Origin: Bacteroidota bacterium
Lineage (GTDB): Bacteria; Bacteroidota; Bacteroidia; AKYH767-A; 2013-40CM-41-45
Length of the DNA: 64,000 nucleotides
Direction: 5' to 3'
Assembly: GCA_003389385.1 (NCBI GenBank)
Contig: QQVM01000009.1
Coordinates: 66,590-130,589, forward strand
Part shown: piece after piece, positions 18,416 through 28,275 of the stretch
How the letters are laid out: each line of letters starts with the position of its first letter
How positions within the stretch are numbered: the stretch's first letter is position 1
Made by a program: the position numbers and the translations under genes
The notes under the pieces: generated by a model
Databases searched by the model: none
What the model saw: only the letters and a program-made list of their open reading frames with translations
Told to the model about the DNA's origin: nothing

Positions 18416-19567
18416 TTATCCGATTGCCTGCCTGAGATCCTCGATTAGATCTTCTACGTCTTCAATTCCTACGCTGAGACGTAACAATGAATCCAGCACT
18501 CCGGACTTTTGGCGAATTTCGGCAGGAATGGATGCATGTGTCATGCTGGCCGGATGGCCAATCAGCGACTCAACGCCTCCCAGAGACTCAGCAAGTGAAA
18601 AGACCTTGGTTCTTGAAGCCATTGCAAATGCCTCCTCCATTGAATTTCCTTTCAGAGTGAAAGAGATCATTCCGCCAAAATCTTTCATTTGCGATTTCGC
18701 AATTGCATGATTCGGGTGATCACTGAATCCGGGCCAGTATACTTTATCGACTTTGGGATGATTGCGTAAAAATTCTGCAACTGCTTTTCCATTGCTGCAA
18801 TGACGTTCCATTCTCACGTGAAGTGTTTTCAACCCACGCATCACTAAAAAACTATCCATAGGACCAGGTACGGCTCCGCAGGAGTTCGCTATAAAAGCAA
18901 GTTGTTCATGCAGTTTGTCATCATTGGTGCACAAAGCGCCATGCACCACGTCAGAATGTCCGCTCAGGTATTTGGTTGCCGAGTGTGTTACAATGTGCGC
19001 ACCCAGATCAAGCGGGTTCTGCAGATATGGTGAGGCAAATGTGTTATCAACTACGATAATGATATTTTTCCCAGCAACTGCTTCAACACATTTTTTTATG
19101 TCGATGATTTTCATGAGAGGATTTGTCGGAGTTTCAATCCATATCATCCTTGTTTTTTCACTCAGTTCACTCTTGAGCTTTGAGGCATCATGCATGTTTA
19201 CAAAGCGAAAGCTGATGCCAAGTGGTTCAAACACTTTCACGAACATTCTGTATGATCCGCCATACAGATCATCAGTGGCCAAAACCTCATCACCGGGCCT
19301 GAGCAATTTTATGATCGCATCTTCAGCACCTTGTCCGCTGCCGAAACATAATCCATGCTTCGCATTCTCAAGAGAAGCGATACATTTTTCAAGAGCAACG
19401 CGGGTTGGATTTTTTCCACGGGCATAGGCATATCCCTTGTGTTTGCCCGGACTCTCCTGAACAAATGTGGAGGTCTGATAAATCGGTGTCATGATGGCGC
19501 CTGTGGACGGATCTGGTTCCTGACCGGCATGAATGGCGCGTGTGCCAAAGCGAAGGTTTGATTTCAT
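18416..19567 (-). CDS. Cys/Met-metabolism PLP-dependent enzyme (cystathionine gamma-synthase / beta- or gamma-lyase family)
   Basis: 383 aa. TRAIHAGQ, DNTFASPY, the PLP-lysine context HSATKYLSGHSDV and the family C-terminus RLSVGIEDVEDLIEDL. Confidence 0.9.
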   Translation of the reverse strand: MKSNLRFGTRAIHAGQEPDPSTGAIMTPIYQTSTFVQESPGKHKGYAYARGKNPTRVALEKCIASLENAKHGLCFGSGQGAEDAIIKLLRPGDEVLATDDLYGGSYRMFVKVFEPLGISFRFVNMHDASKLKSELSEKTRMIWIETPTNPLMKIIDIKKCVEAVAGKNIIIVVDNTFASPYLQNPLDLGAHIVTHSATKYLSGHSDVVHGALCTNDDKLHEQLAFIANSCGAVPGPMDSFLVMRGLKTLHVRMERHCSNGKAVAEFLRNHPKVDKVYWPGFSDHPNHAIAKSQMKDFGGMISFTLKGNSMEEAFAMASRTKVFSLAESLGGVESLIGHPASMTHASIPAEIRQKSGVLDSLLRLSVGIEDVEDLIEDLRQAIG

Positions 19568-19625
19568 GGCTGTAAAATTAAGTTTTTACGGCCAGATCAG
19601 GCAAATGATGAAAACTGTATGCGGA

Positions 19626-20201
19626 TCAAGACCGGTAAAAGTTCATTTCATCAATGTATTCCCAAACATTTTGAGGGAGCATATAGCGAACATCCTTTTT
19701 CTCCCGGATCGCATTACGTATGAAAGTGGAAGATAGCTCCATCAATGGTGCCTCAATCATCTTCACCTTAGGATGGGAGGCTAATTCGGATTCAGACTCA
19801 TTTCTTCTGGGATAGACATATAGCTCATGCCATTCAAGGATCTGCTCGTAATTTTTCCATTTATGAAAAGTGGCAAGATTGTCGGAGCCCAGAATCAGTG
19901 CAAATTGATGAGAGGGAAACTTTTCTTTCAGGTATGCAAGAGTGTGAACCGTATAACTTGGTTTCGGAAGTTTAAATTCAATATCTGAAGCTTTGAGTTT
20001 ACGATTGTCTCCGATTGCTGCTTTCAACAGGGCAAGGCGGTGATGATCCTGGAGAAGAGTTTGCTTCAGTTTATGCGGATTGTGCGGAGAAACGACAAAC
20101 CAGACCTGATCCAGGTCTGTGAATTCAGCCATATAGCTGCCAATCACCATGTGTCCGTTATGAACAGGATTGAAGGAGCCGAAGAAGAGACCGATTTTCA
20201 T
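19626..20201 (-). CDS. nadD: Nicotinate-nucleotide adenylyltransferase
   Basis: 191 aa. GLFFGSFNPVHNGH (HxGH nucleotidyltransferase motif) and SSTFIRNAI near the C-terminus. Confidence 0.9.
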   Translation of the reverse strand: MKIGLFFGSFNPVHNGHMVIGSYMAEFTDLDQVWFVVSPHNPHKLKQTLLQDHHRLALLKAAIGDNRKLKASDIEFKLPKPSYTVHTLAYLKEKFPSHQFALILGSDNLATFHKWKNYEQILEWHELYVYPRRNESESELASHPKVKMIEAPLMELSSTFIRNAIREKKDVRYMLPQNVWEYIDEMNFYRS

Positions 20202-20226
20202 GTATTGAAAAAATATTATTCTTGCT

Positions 20227-20802
20227 CTATTTTATTCCCAGGAATTCCGCAATAATTTTCTCGGCGTTTTTTAGCGCTTCATCCAGTTCAGAATTGATGA
20301 TCACTTTGTCGAATCGAAAAGCGTAAGTAAGTTCATGTTCCGATTTTGCAATTCTGGCCTGGTACGATTCAGGTGTTTCGGAGTTTCGTGCTTTGAGTCT
20401 CAGATGCAACTCGTCTACAGAAGGAGGCATCACAAATACTGATAGCAGCCGTTCTCCGAAAATGCTTTTAATTTTCAGTCCGCCTTCCACATCCACATCA
20501 AATACCGCCACTTTATCATCCTTCCAGATTTTTTCTATTTCTGATTTAAGAGTGCCGTAGTAACGGTCTTTATAAACCTCTTCCCACTCAACAAACTCAT
20601 TCGCTTCGATTTTCCTTCTGAATTCCTCCGGCGAAATGAAATGATAATCCACGCCGTCTGTTTCACTTTCTCTTTTAGGGCGTGTAGTGGCTGATACTGA
20701 AAAAGCCAGCTGATGGAACTTTTTCAGCAAGTGATGGGCGATTGTTGTCTTACCGCTTCCGGATGGACCGCAAAAAAGCAAGAGTTTGCCTGTGACATCC
20801 AT
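20227..20802 (-). CDS. gmk: Guanylate kinase
   Basis: 191 aa. P-loop GPSGSGKTT, SATTRPKRESE..GVDYHF. The start codon overlaps the upstream stop by 1 nt (TGATG). Confidence 0.93.
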   Translation of the reverse strand: MDVTGKLLLFCGPSGSGKTTIAHHLLKKFHQLAFSVSATTRPKRESETDGVDYHFISPEEFRRKIEANEFVEWEEVYKDRYYGTLKSEIEKIWKDDKVAVFDVDVEGGLKIKSIFGERLLSVFVMPPSVDELHLRLKARNSETPESYQARIAKSEHELTYAFRFDKVIINSELDEALKNAEKIIAEFLGIK

Positions 20803-21674
20803 CAGAGAATGTTTAACAGTTGTTCTTTGACTTTTTCTAGCTCGTCCTTCATTCCTACAACCAGTTTTTGAATGCCGGCATCATTGGCTTTTGATCCGAT
20901 GGTATTTATTTCCCTTCCGATTTCCTGTGATATAAATGAGAGCTTTTTGCCCGCTGAGCTTTCAGATTTTATTGTGCCCAGGAAAAAATCGCAATGGCTT
21001 CGTAACCTTACCTTCTCCTCACTGATGTCAAGCTTCTCGATATAATAAATCATTTCCTGCTCGAGCCTGTTCCTGTCAATATCCGGATTTCCGCTGATCT
21101 CTTCAATCGCTCTTCCCAGTCTTTGTCTGATTCCGGACACTCGTCCGTCTTCCAGACTTTCTATTTTGATTAGCAATTCAAGAATAGAGCTGATTCTTTC
21201 TTGAAGATCTTTTTCAAGGACATTTCCTTCTTTCATTCTGAATTCCTGGAAGGATGCTACAGCTTTGTCGATAGCATCTTTCACAACTGCCCATTCTTCA
21301 TCACTTACAATTTGTTTTTCAGATGAAAGAACATCAGGGAATTTCATCACAATTGAAAGGATGTCGGTATCAATTACGCCGACTTCAGAAGAGATTTCCT
21401 TCAGTTCAGTGTAATAAGACTTGACAAGAGCAGAGTTGATATTCGATTTTTTGGGAAGCTCCTGCTGATCTATTGTGATGGCAAAATCCATTTTCCCTCT
21501 TTCCAGGTGCTTAGCCAGCTCGGACCTCAATTCAAATTCTTTTTCACGATAGAGTGATGGAAGCCGAAACACCGGATCAAAAAACTTGCTGTTTACTGAT
21601 TTGATTTCTACAGAAATCGTTTTGGAGTTGAAGGAGGCAGAAGAACTGCCAAAACCTGTCATGGACCGGATCAT
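20802..21674 (-). CDS. YicC-family stress-induced protein
   Basis: Start taken at MIRSMTGFG (ATG at 21674; the track ORF starts at a TTG at 21695). The C-terminal KLSFISQEIGREINTIGSKAND is typical of YicC. Confidence 0.85.
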   Translation of the reverse strand: MIRSMTGFGSSSASFNSKTISVEIKSVNSKFFDPVFRLPSLYREKEFELRSELAKHLERGKMDFAITIDQQELPKKSNINSALVKSYYTELKEISSEVGVIDTDILSIVMKFPDVLSSEKQIVSDEEWAVVKDAIDKAVASFQEFRMKEGNVLEKDLQERISSILELLIKIESLEDGRVSGIRQRLGRAIEEISGNPDIDRNRLEQEMIYYIEKLDISEEKVRLRSHCDFFLGTIKSESSAGKKLSFISQEIGREINTIGSKANDAGIQKLVVGMKDELEKVKEQLLNIL

Positions 21675-21702
21675 GCTGCTTTGTAATTGTAGCAAAAGTA
21701 GT

Positions 21703-22599
21703 TTAAGATTTTATCTTCACAAATGCTTTTGAATTAACCAGGTACACTCCTGTAAAAATGAAAATACAGGCAATAACCTGCATGAGAGAAATGATCTCAC
21801 CCGCCAGCCAAAGCGCGATAATAGTAGCGAACAAAGGCTGAAGGTAGATGTAATTGCTCACCGCCGAAGGGCTTAGATGATTCAGTCCGTACGTGTTCAG
21901 AAAATATGCAAAGAATGTAGTGAAGAGCAAGACGAAGAAGACCGAAAACCATGCTTCAGCAGGAAACAAGTCCCATTCAACATCCTTCATTGTAGGAATA
22001 CCAAATGGCAGTACAAATGCTGTTCCAAAGATAAATGTCCATTTCATCACCGTCACAGTGCCGTACTTATTCATCATGGGTTTAGCTCTGACAAGGAACA
22101 GCGCGTAGCTGGCTGCATTGATAAAAATCATCAGGTCTCCCAGAGAATCTGCCTGTCCGCTGCTGTGTCTGAATTGCAAAATCAGCATCACAGCGCCGGC
22201 CATGCCAAGCAGAATTCCTGTTATTTGTGAAAGGGCCAATTTATCTTTCAGGATAAAGAATGCCATCACTGTAACAAGAATCGGAGTAGTGGTCATGATA
22301 AGTGCTGCATTGATATTGGAGGTCCTGCTCAGACCTTCGAAAAACAGCAGCTGATTCAATGCGACACCAAAAAATCCGAGTTGAATCAGTTTAAAAATAT
22401 CTTTTCGTTCGATGGTTTTGGCATCTCTTAAGAACAGTGAAACCAGGAAGAACATGGCCGAAGCAAAAAGAACCCTCAAAAGAATGAAAGCGGAAGGATT
22501 AATGTATTCCGGCATTGCGAATTTCGCAATGGTGTAATTTGCTCCATAGATCAGGTTTGCCGTAAGTATGGCAAGGTGGGCCTTGCTGCTATCCTGCAT
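21703..22599 (-). CDS. EamA/DMT-family transporter
   Basis: 298 aa with about 10 hydrophobic segments in two similar halves. N-terminus AILTANLIYGANYTIAK is typical of EamA domains. Confidence 0.8.
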   Translation of the reverse strand: MQDSSKAHLAILTANLIYGANYTIAKFAMPEYINPSAFILLRVLFASAMFFLVSLFLRDAKTIERKDIFKLIQLGFFGVALNQLLFFEGLSRTSNINAALIMTTTPILVTVMAFFILKDKLALSQITGILLGMAGAVMLILQFRHSSGQADSLGDLMIFINAASYALFLVRAKPMMNKYGTVTVMKWTFIFGTAFVLPFGIPTMKDVEWDLFPAEAWFSVFFVLLFTTFFAYFLNTYGLNHLSPSAVSNYIYLQPLFATIIALWLAGEIISLMQVIACIFIFTGVYLVNSKAFVKIKS

Positions 22600-22951
22600 G
22601 TTGTTTCATGGCAGTCTTCGCTGCTGCAATGTTTTTAGGAGAGTTCCCGATGAAAATCTGATCATTTACAATAATAACCGGTCTTTTAAGAAAAGTGTAT
22701 TCCTGAAGTATGTATTTCCTGTAATCCTTTTCACCTAGATTTTTATCTGCAAGCCCCATGCTTCTGTATTTCATCGCGATTCTTGAAAAGAGAGATTCAT
22801 AGCTCCCGCTCAGTTTTTTCATTTCATCCAGTTGTGCCGGTGTAATCTGCTCAGTTTTTATATCCTGTAATACAGCCTTGGGCCCAGGACGCAATTCTTT
22901 TAATATTCTCTGGCAGGTGGAGCAGGTTCCAAGGTGATAGATTTTAATCAT
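22589..22951 (-). CDS. ArsC/Spx-family (glutaredoxin-fold) protein
   Basis: 120 aa. MIKIYHLGTCSTCQRILKEL N-terminal thiol motif and LLKRPVII-like segment (FLKRPVIIV). Confidence 0.75.
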   Translation of the reverse strand: MIKIYHLGTCSTCQRILKELRPGPKAVLQDIKTEQITPAQLDEMKKLSGSYESLFSRIAMKYRSMGLADKNLGEKDYRKYILQEYTFLKRPVIIVNDQIFIGNSPKNIAAAKTAMKQHAG

Positions 22952-23112
22952 ATTAAATCAAATTCAAAGCGCATGAAATTACTTAATTTCTGTTTAATGA
23001 TTTGTTTGTCTGAGCACTAGGAATCATGATCAGCTTCATTCTGAAAGCATTGATATGAGAGGAAAGAAGGAATGGCCTTCGTATGGATTGCGATGAAATC
23101 AGAAAAATTACT

Positions 23113-23120
23113 TAAGTTTG
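23113..23120 (+). promoter_or_regulatory. Candidate -7 box TAagTTTG
   Basis: 17 nt upstream of the scpA GTG start. Confidence 0.35.
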
Positions 23121-23137
23121 AAGCCAATTGAATCCCT

Positions 23138-23875
23138 GTGGAAAAAGTATTTGAAATAAAGCTTCCTCAGTTTGAAGGTCCTTTTGATCTGCTTCTGTTC
23201 TTCATAGAACGGGATGAGGTTGACATTCATAATATTGAGATTTCAAAGATCACCAACGACTTTCTGGATTACATTCATCAGATGAATGAGCTGAACATTG
23301 AAGTGGCAAGCGAGTTCATTCTGGTCGCTGCGACCCTGATGAGAATAAAAGCGAAGCTTCTTCTTCCGCGGCCTGAGATTGATGAACAGGGTAATGAAAT
23401 TGACCCTCGAAAAGATCTAATTGAAAGACTTCTGTTGTACAAGCAATACAAGGAAGCATGTGAAGATCTGCGTGTGCTGGAAGGTGACCGTGAAATGAGG
23501 ACATCCAGAGGAAACATTCAGCGCGAACTCGCAGAAATTGCCTTACAGAATTCTCAGGCTGAAGAGTTGGTCAACCTCACTCTTTATCAGGTGTTGAACA
23601 CTTTCAATAAAGTAATGAAGCGCTTTGAAACGGAAAAAAACAAAGTGCATCACAAGGTTGTACAGTACCCTTATACCATTGCGGAGCAAAAGGAAAGTGT
23701 CAGATCCATGCTTCGCGGGAAAGAACGCCTGGCATTCACCGAAGTTATTTTCTCTTGCCAGAACAAGGTGCAGGCAATTTTTACTTTCCTTGGCATACTT
23801 GAATTATTGCAGGAACAGGTTCTCCGTATTACATTAGGCATCGGATTCAACAATTTCTGGCTCAGCGAAAACTGA
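23138..23875 (+). CDS. scpA: Segregation and condensation protein A
   Basis: 245 aa with a GTG start. LPQFEGPFDLLLFFIERDEVDIHNI and VAATLMRIKAKLLLP are typical of ScpA. A TAagTTTG box lies 17 nt upstream. Confidence 0.85.
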   Translation: MEKVFEIKLPQFEGPFDLLLFFIERDEVDIHNIEISKITNDFLDYIHQMNELNIEVASEFILVAATLMRIKAKLLLPRPEIDEQGNEIDPRKDLIERLLLYKQYKEACEDLRVLEGDREMRTSRGNIQRELAEIALQNSQAEELVNLTLYQVLNTFNKVMKRFETEKNKVHHKVVQYPYTIAEQKESVRSMLRGKERLAFTEVIFSCQNKVQAIFTFLGILELLQEQVLRITLGIGFNNFWLSEN

Positions 23876-23892
23876 TCTTTTACCGTTAACTG

Positions 23893-24984
23893 ATGCAACC
23901 AGACAGCAGGCAACTATTACATACGTTCCGGCCTTCGCGCATATTCCTTCCTATACTTATCGGGCTTGGCGCTGCCAGCTTTCTGTTGGCAAGAAGTTTT
24001 GACCGGGAAGCTTTCGAAAGCATTCAGTGGTCATGGAACAGTTCATTCTGGATATTCATGGCATTGCTGATGATGGTCGTTCGCGACGGAGCATACATGA
24101 TTCGCATACGTGCTCTCACCGACGATCAGCTTACATGGAAGAACGCTTTTGTTGTAATCATGCTCTGGGAATTCGCATCCGCCCTCGCTCCGGGGATGCT
24201 TGGAGGAGGATTTATCTTCGCGATATTTATTCTCAACAGAGAGAAAATCAATATGGGCCGGAGCATCACGGCCATCATGCTTTCCTCTTTCCAGGACGGA
24301 GTGTTCCTGGCCATCATGGCCCCGCTGGTATATTATACAATTGGAAGAGAAAAGCTTTTTTCCACGCTCGATCTCGAGAACATAAGTCCGGTTAAATTCG
24401 GTGACGGATTCTTCTACACTTTTTGGGCGGTTTACTATATCATTCTAGCATACAAGTTGTTTGTTGCATACGCGCTTTTTGTGAATCCGAGGTTTATCAA
24501 GTGGTTGTTGCTAAAAATATTTTCCTGGCCAATATTGCGCCGATGGAAGCACAATGCGCTGGAAACAGGAAACCAACTTGTGGTTGCCTCAAATGGACTT
24601 AAAAATAAGAGCCGGAAGTTCTGGGTACATTCATTCGCAGGTACTTTTGCTTCATGGACGGCACGTTATACGATAGTGAATTGCCTGATCTTTGCTTTTC
24701 ATGATGTACCTGTAGATCATTTCATAGTTTTCGCACGGCAGGTAGTGATGGGTATCATTATTCTGTTCAGTCCGACACCGGGCGGTAGCGGTATAGCGGA
24801 ATTCATGTTTTCCGATTTCCTTGGGGAGTTCATTCCTAAGGGGCTTTCAGCTTCACTCGGACTGCTTTGGAGGCTTATTTCATACTACCCTTATCTCTTC
24901 ATCGGCGCAATATTGCTTCCGAGGTGGATCAGAAAAAGATTTACAAAAGAGGAGACTGACGTATCAATAAAGAAAATTAACTGA
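23893..24984 (+). CDS. UPF0104 / lysylphosphatidylglycerol-synthase-TM-region-like (flippase-like) membrane protein
   Basis: 363 aa, polytopic. The SPTPGGSGIAEF motif is typical of this family. Confidence 0.7.
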   Translation: MQPDSRQLLHTFRPSRIFLPILIGLGAASFLLARSFDREAFESIQWSWNSSFWIFMALLMMVVRDGAYMIRIRALTDDQLTWKNAFVVIMLWEFASALAPGMLGGGFIFAIFILNREKINMGRSITAIMLSSFQDGVFLAIMAPLVYYTIGREKLFSTLDLENISPVKFGDGFFYTFWAVYYIILAYKLFVAYALFVNPRFIKWLLLKIFSWPILRRWKHNALETGNQLVVASNGLKNKSRKFWVHSFAGTFASWTARYTIVNCLIFAFHDVPVDHFIVFARQVVMGIIILFSPTPGGSGIAEFMFSDFLGEFIPKGLSASLGLLWRLISYYPYLFIGAILLPRWIRKRFTKEETDVSIKKIN

Positions 24985-24994
24985 GTAGGCTCCC

Positions 24995-25720
24995 TTATTC
25001 CCAGATCATCGAAAGAACCTGATGTGACTTTATTTCTCCGATTGAAGGAATATGAAGTCTGTAAAATTCAATGATGTTTTTAATGAGTTCGCGTTTTTCG
25101 GAAACTGATATGTTCAGTCGAAATGAATTATCAGTTAATTTTGAAAGAAGTATGTGCAAATTCCGGCTCTGTGTTTTGTCCAGGTAAAATGGATGCAATG
25201 GTGTGGTCTCTGTGAACACACCTTCCTGAAGATCGAACAGGCTTTGTTGTTCACTGTAATTATCTGAAGGAAAGAAGCCGAGATGCTTGGAAAGTTGCAA
25301 CATGAAGATAAGATGGAAGTCGCTGTTCACGGGTTCGTGGACATCAAGCCATTGGACAGAGCTGAACAGAAACTCAAACATCTGTAAGTTTGCTTCTTCT
25401 TCACGGATTGTTTTGTAAAGCACCTCATTAAGAAAAAGAGCAATGGAACTTTTCATTACGTCGTAAGGAATGCTGTTTAACACCGGGTTGGGTCTGACAT
25501 CGGCGATTCTTTGCAGTCCACCTTTCTCTTTGTGATATACTACAAGATCAACTAACGTTAGGGGTCTGAAGCTGGATGCTCTCATTTTCGCCTTGCTCTT
25601 TCTTACACCGTTTACAATGTAAGACTGAAGGCCGAACAGTTCGGTATAAACTTTTGCAATAACGCTGCTTTCCGAATAGTCGGTTGTATATAATACAATT
25701 CCACGGGTTTTATGCAACAT
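24995..25720 (-). CDS. recO: DNA repair protein RecO
   Basis: 241 aa. MLHKTRGIVLYTTDYSESSVIAKVYT (OB-fold N-terminus of RecO). The start overlaps the upstream stop by 1 nt. Confidence 0.85.
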   Translation of the reverse strand: MLHKTRGIVLYTTDYSESSVIAKVYTELFGLQSYIVNGVRKSKAKMRASSFRPLTLVDLVVYHKEKGGLQRIADVRPNPVLNSIPYDVMKSSIALFLNEVLYKTIREEEANLQMFEFLFSSVQWLDVHEPVNSDFHLIFMLQLSKHLGFFPSDNYSEQQSLFDLQEGVFTETTPLHPFYLDKTQSRNLHILLSKLTDNSFRLNISVSEKRELIKNIIEFYRLHIPSIGEIKSHQVLSMIWE

Positions 25721-28083
25721 CAGTTTGCGAAAAGTAGTTTTGTTACACAGGTGGAAGAGCCGTCGGGATTGGTGACAAATACTGTGTAGATTCCAGTCTG
25801 CACTCTTTCACCGCTGAAGTTCTTCCCGTTCCAAATAGCCTGCCCTCCATTTGCTTTGGTATGATAGACAATTTGTCCGCTGATGTCAGCGATTTTTACG
25901 TCCGCATTGCTTACAAGTCCGCGGATGGCGACAGGGCCATGATAGTCATGGCGAACAGGATTGGGAAAAACATAATAATCTGTACAGCTTTCACTGCCTT
26001 CTGTGGCCTCACCTCTGTACGAAACAATTCCTTTGTCGGTACCAAAAAAAACTTCGCCGGTTTTTTCATCGACAGCAATCGCAGTGATGCTGTTTGAAGG
26101 AAGAGGTGAATTCGAAGTGTTGAAAGTAGCAAGTTGTTTGGTTCCGTCAGCTGACATGAGAAAGGCGCCGCCGCTGTATGTGCCAAACCATTTTCTGTTT
26201 GCTCCGTCAATAGCGATTGCATTCACGGCTTCAGTCTCAAGAAGGTATTGAGCATTACCATCCTGCTCAATAATGATTTGCTGTGCATCGAAATTTCCTC
26301 CACTGAAGACATTGCCCGGATTGTAAATCACCACAACTCCTTTGTTCGTTCCAATCCAAATTGAACCGTCCTTATCCTTCGCGATAGCTCTTACGTACAT
26401 GTCAGGTAAAGCTCCCTTTCCGGCTTCAGATGTAATTCTTTTGAAGCTGTTATCATTGGGATTCGCCGGATCATTTTCGTGGAAGACGCCAAGGCCTTGA
26501 CCGGTGCTGCTTCCTTCTCTTGCAATGAACCACTTTTGGTCAAAGTCGTCAACGATGATATTGAACAGGCCAAAGCGGGCCATGTCAATGTCGGAAATGA
26601 AATGTGTCTGCCAGCTTCCGTCGGCATATTTCACACTAAGTGGAGTAGTGTTACCTCCGGAAGTCACCCAGAGATTGTTGTGTTGATCGAATGTGACACC
26701 CCCGGTGATGTAGTAATTGGGTACAACACTGTGGGAGCGAATGCCGCTATTGCTTGCGTTAAGAATCTGAACGCCTCCGCTCCTTCTGTACTCAAGCAAA
26801 CCTCCGCCCCAGCAGGCGAAGTATGCATGATCAGGATCGAGTGGATCAACTGCAACGGAAATCAATGCAGGAGATGCGGTAGATGCTATGGTGGCGTATA
26901 CGTTGTCGTTGAACTTATCAAAGGTGGACCAAGAATTTTCCGAAAACACATAACAGCCGTTTTGTTCCTGATAATTTGGCGCATCACCTTTCAGGGAGCC
27001 CGAAGCTATCCAGGTGTTTCCGCCTCTGCTGTCGATCGCCCATACTGCGGAGGATCTTGGACCATTGGGCGCAATTTTCTCAAGTGACCATGGATTCTGG
27101 CGGAACTTTACCAGGCCATTATTCTGGTCAGCAATCCATAAGGTTCCTGAATTATCCAGAAATCCTTTTTGAATTGAAGCGTTTTGATAGAGAAAATTAT
27201 CTGCTGCCGCAATCTGGTTGCCAGAGGGGTCGAAAGCAATGATGCGTTCATTGTTTCTGTACATCAGCCTGCCATTGATCGCATCTACATGCCCTCCTTC
27301 TGTAGCATCTTGAATAAAAGGAGTCCAGTTTCCATTCGAATTTACAAGGAGTGTATCCATGCCAATGGCAGAATTCGTTTTCACTGCATAGAATTTTCCG
27401 TCGAGTGAAGCGACTGAAGTGAATTTAGAAAGCGGTGAGCTCACATTAGTTTCTAAAAACCAGGCAGTGAAATTGAAAATGTTCGGATCATTGAAACTGG
27501 CCCTGAGGAGACCACTGTCTGTAGCTGCAAGCAAATAAGTCCCGTCATACGCAAGTCCGTTCACATTTATATTTCTTCCGTTGGGACCTATATAATAGGT
27601 ATCTTTTATCTCAGCCTTGTTCATGTCTACTACCACTATTCCAAACTCGCAACTCAGATATGCGTGGTTGTTCAGGAAAAGAATGTGATTGATTTTTTTA
27701 CCTCCGACAATATTTTTTCGCTTTATATCAGAAAGGTTGGCTATGGACATATCAGGATAGAGAATGTCCACATTGGAACTCTGATATGCGATGAGAATGT
27801 TTGCGCTGCTTTGATCAGCACGAATGGTGGATACTTCAAAGTCTGACAGGCTGTTGAGTCTCGAAAACAGGCTTATCTCGCCATCTGACTTGGAATAACT
27901 GAACACTCCCAGTTGGCTGGCGCAGTATACTTTGCTCCCGGATTCGGTGATGGAGATTGCTTTGTTGTATGGAATGTGTTCTCTCCATTCGCCGATAGCA
28001 ATGGGAGGATTTTGCGCATAGGCAGATCCGGCCAAAATGCTAAGAATGACAACTGAAAAAAAGCGGGTAAAGAATATAGTCAT
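25720..28083 (-). CDS. Beta-propeller (two-component-regulator-propeller-like) secreted protein with T9SS C-terminal domain; possible PorZ-like protein
   Basis: Start taken at MTIFFTRFFSVVILSILAGSAYAQ (ATG at 28083; the track ORF starts at a TTG at 28104). Repeated G(T/L)..G(L/V)..(F/Y) blades (WIADQNNGLVKF, WIGTNKGVVVIY, FFGTDKGIVSY). C-terminus is VFPNPVRHDY...GIYTVFVTNPDGS. Confidence 0.75.
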   Translation of the reverse strand: MTIFFTRFFSVVILSILAGSAYAQNPPIAIGEWREHIPYNKAISITESGSKVYCASQLGVFSYSKSDGEISLFSRLNSLSDFEVSTIRADQSSANILIAYQSSNVDILYPDMSIANLSDIKRKNIVGGKKINHILFLNNHAYLSCEFGIVVVDMNKAEIKDTYYIGPNGRNINVNGLAYDGTYLLAATDSGLLRASFNDPNIFNFTAWFLETNVSSPLSKFTSVASLDGKFYAVKTNSAIGMDTLLVNSNGNWTPFIQDATEGGHVDAINGRLMYRNNERIIAFDPSGNQIAAADNFLYQNASIQKGFLDNSGTLWIADQNNGLVKFRQNPWSLEKIAPNGPRSSAVWAIDSRGGNTWIASGSLKGDAPNYQEQNGCYVFSENSWSTFDKFNDNVYATIASTASPALISVAVDPLDPDHAYFACWGGGLLEYRRSGGVQILNASNSGIRSHSVVPNYYITGGVTFDQHNNLWVTSGGNTTPLSVKYADGSWQTHFISDIDMARFGLFNIIVDDFDQKWFIAREGSSTGQGLGVFHENDPANPNDNSFKRITSEAGKGALPDMYVRAIAKDKDGSIWIGTNKGVVVIYNPGNVFSGGNFDAQQIIIEQDGNAQYLLETEAVNAIAIDGANRKWFGTYSGGAFLMSADGTKQLATFNTSNSPLPSNSITAIAVDEKTGEVFFGTDKGIVSYRGEATEGSESCTDYYVFPNPVRHDYHGPVAIRGLVSNADVKIADISGQIVYHTKANGGQAIWNGKNFSGERVQTGIYTVFVTNPDGSSTCVTKLLFAN

Positions 28084-28275
28084 GACAAGTTTTGGGGAGA
28101 ACAATTAAACGACAAATTCAAGCCATTATTGTTCAATTTTATTGACTGGGTAAAAGTACAAATTTTGGATTTCTTGTTTTAAATCGAATATTTGCCATTA
28201 CATTTTATCTCGATTTTGTCAGCCCGGTTCAACAGTATTTTTATTTCGCTCGAACGCAAACTAGGACCTGCGGGA

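Noticed and set aside
26479-27087. 202-aa plus-strand ORF
   Set aside because: It is antisense within the beta-propeller/T9SS gene and has no recognisable motif.
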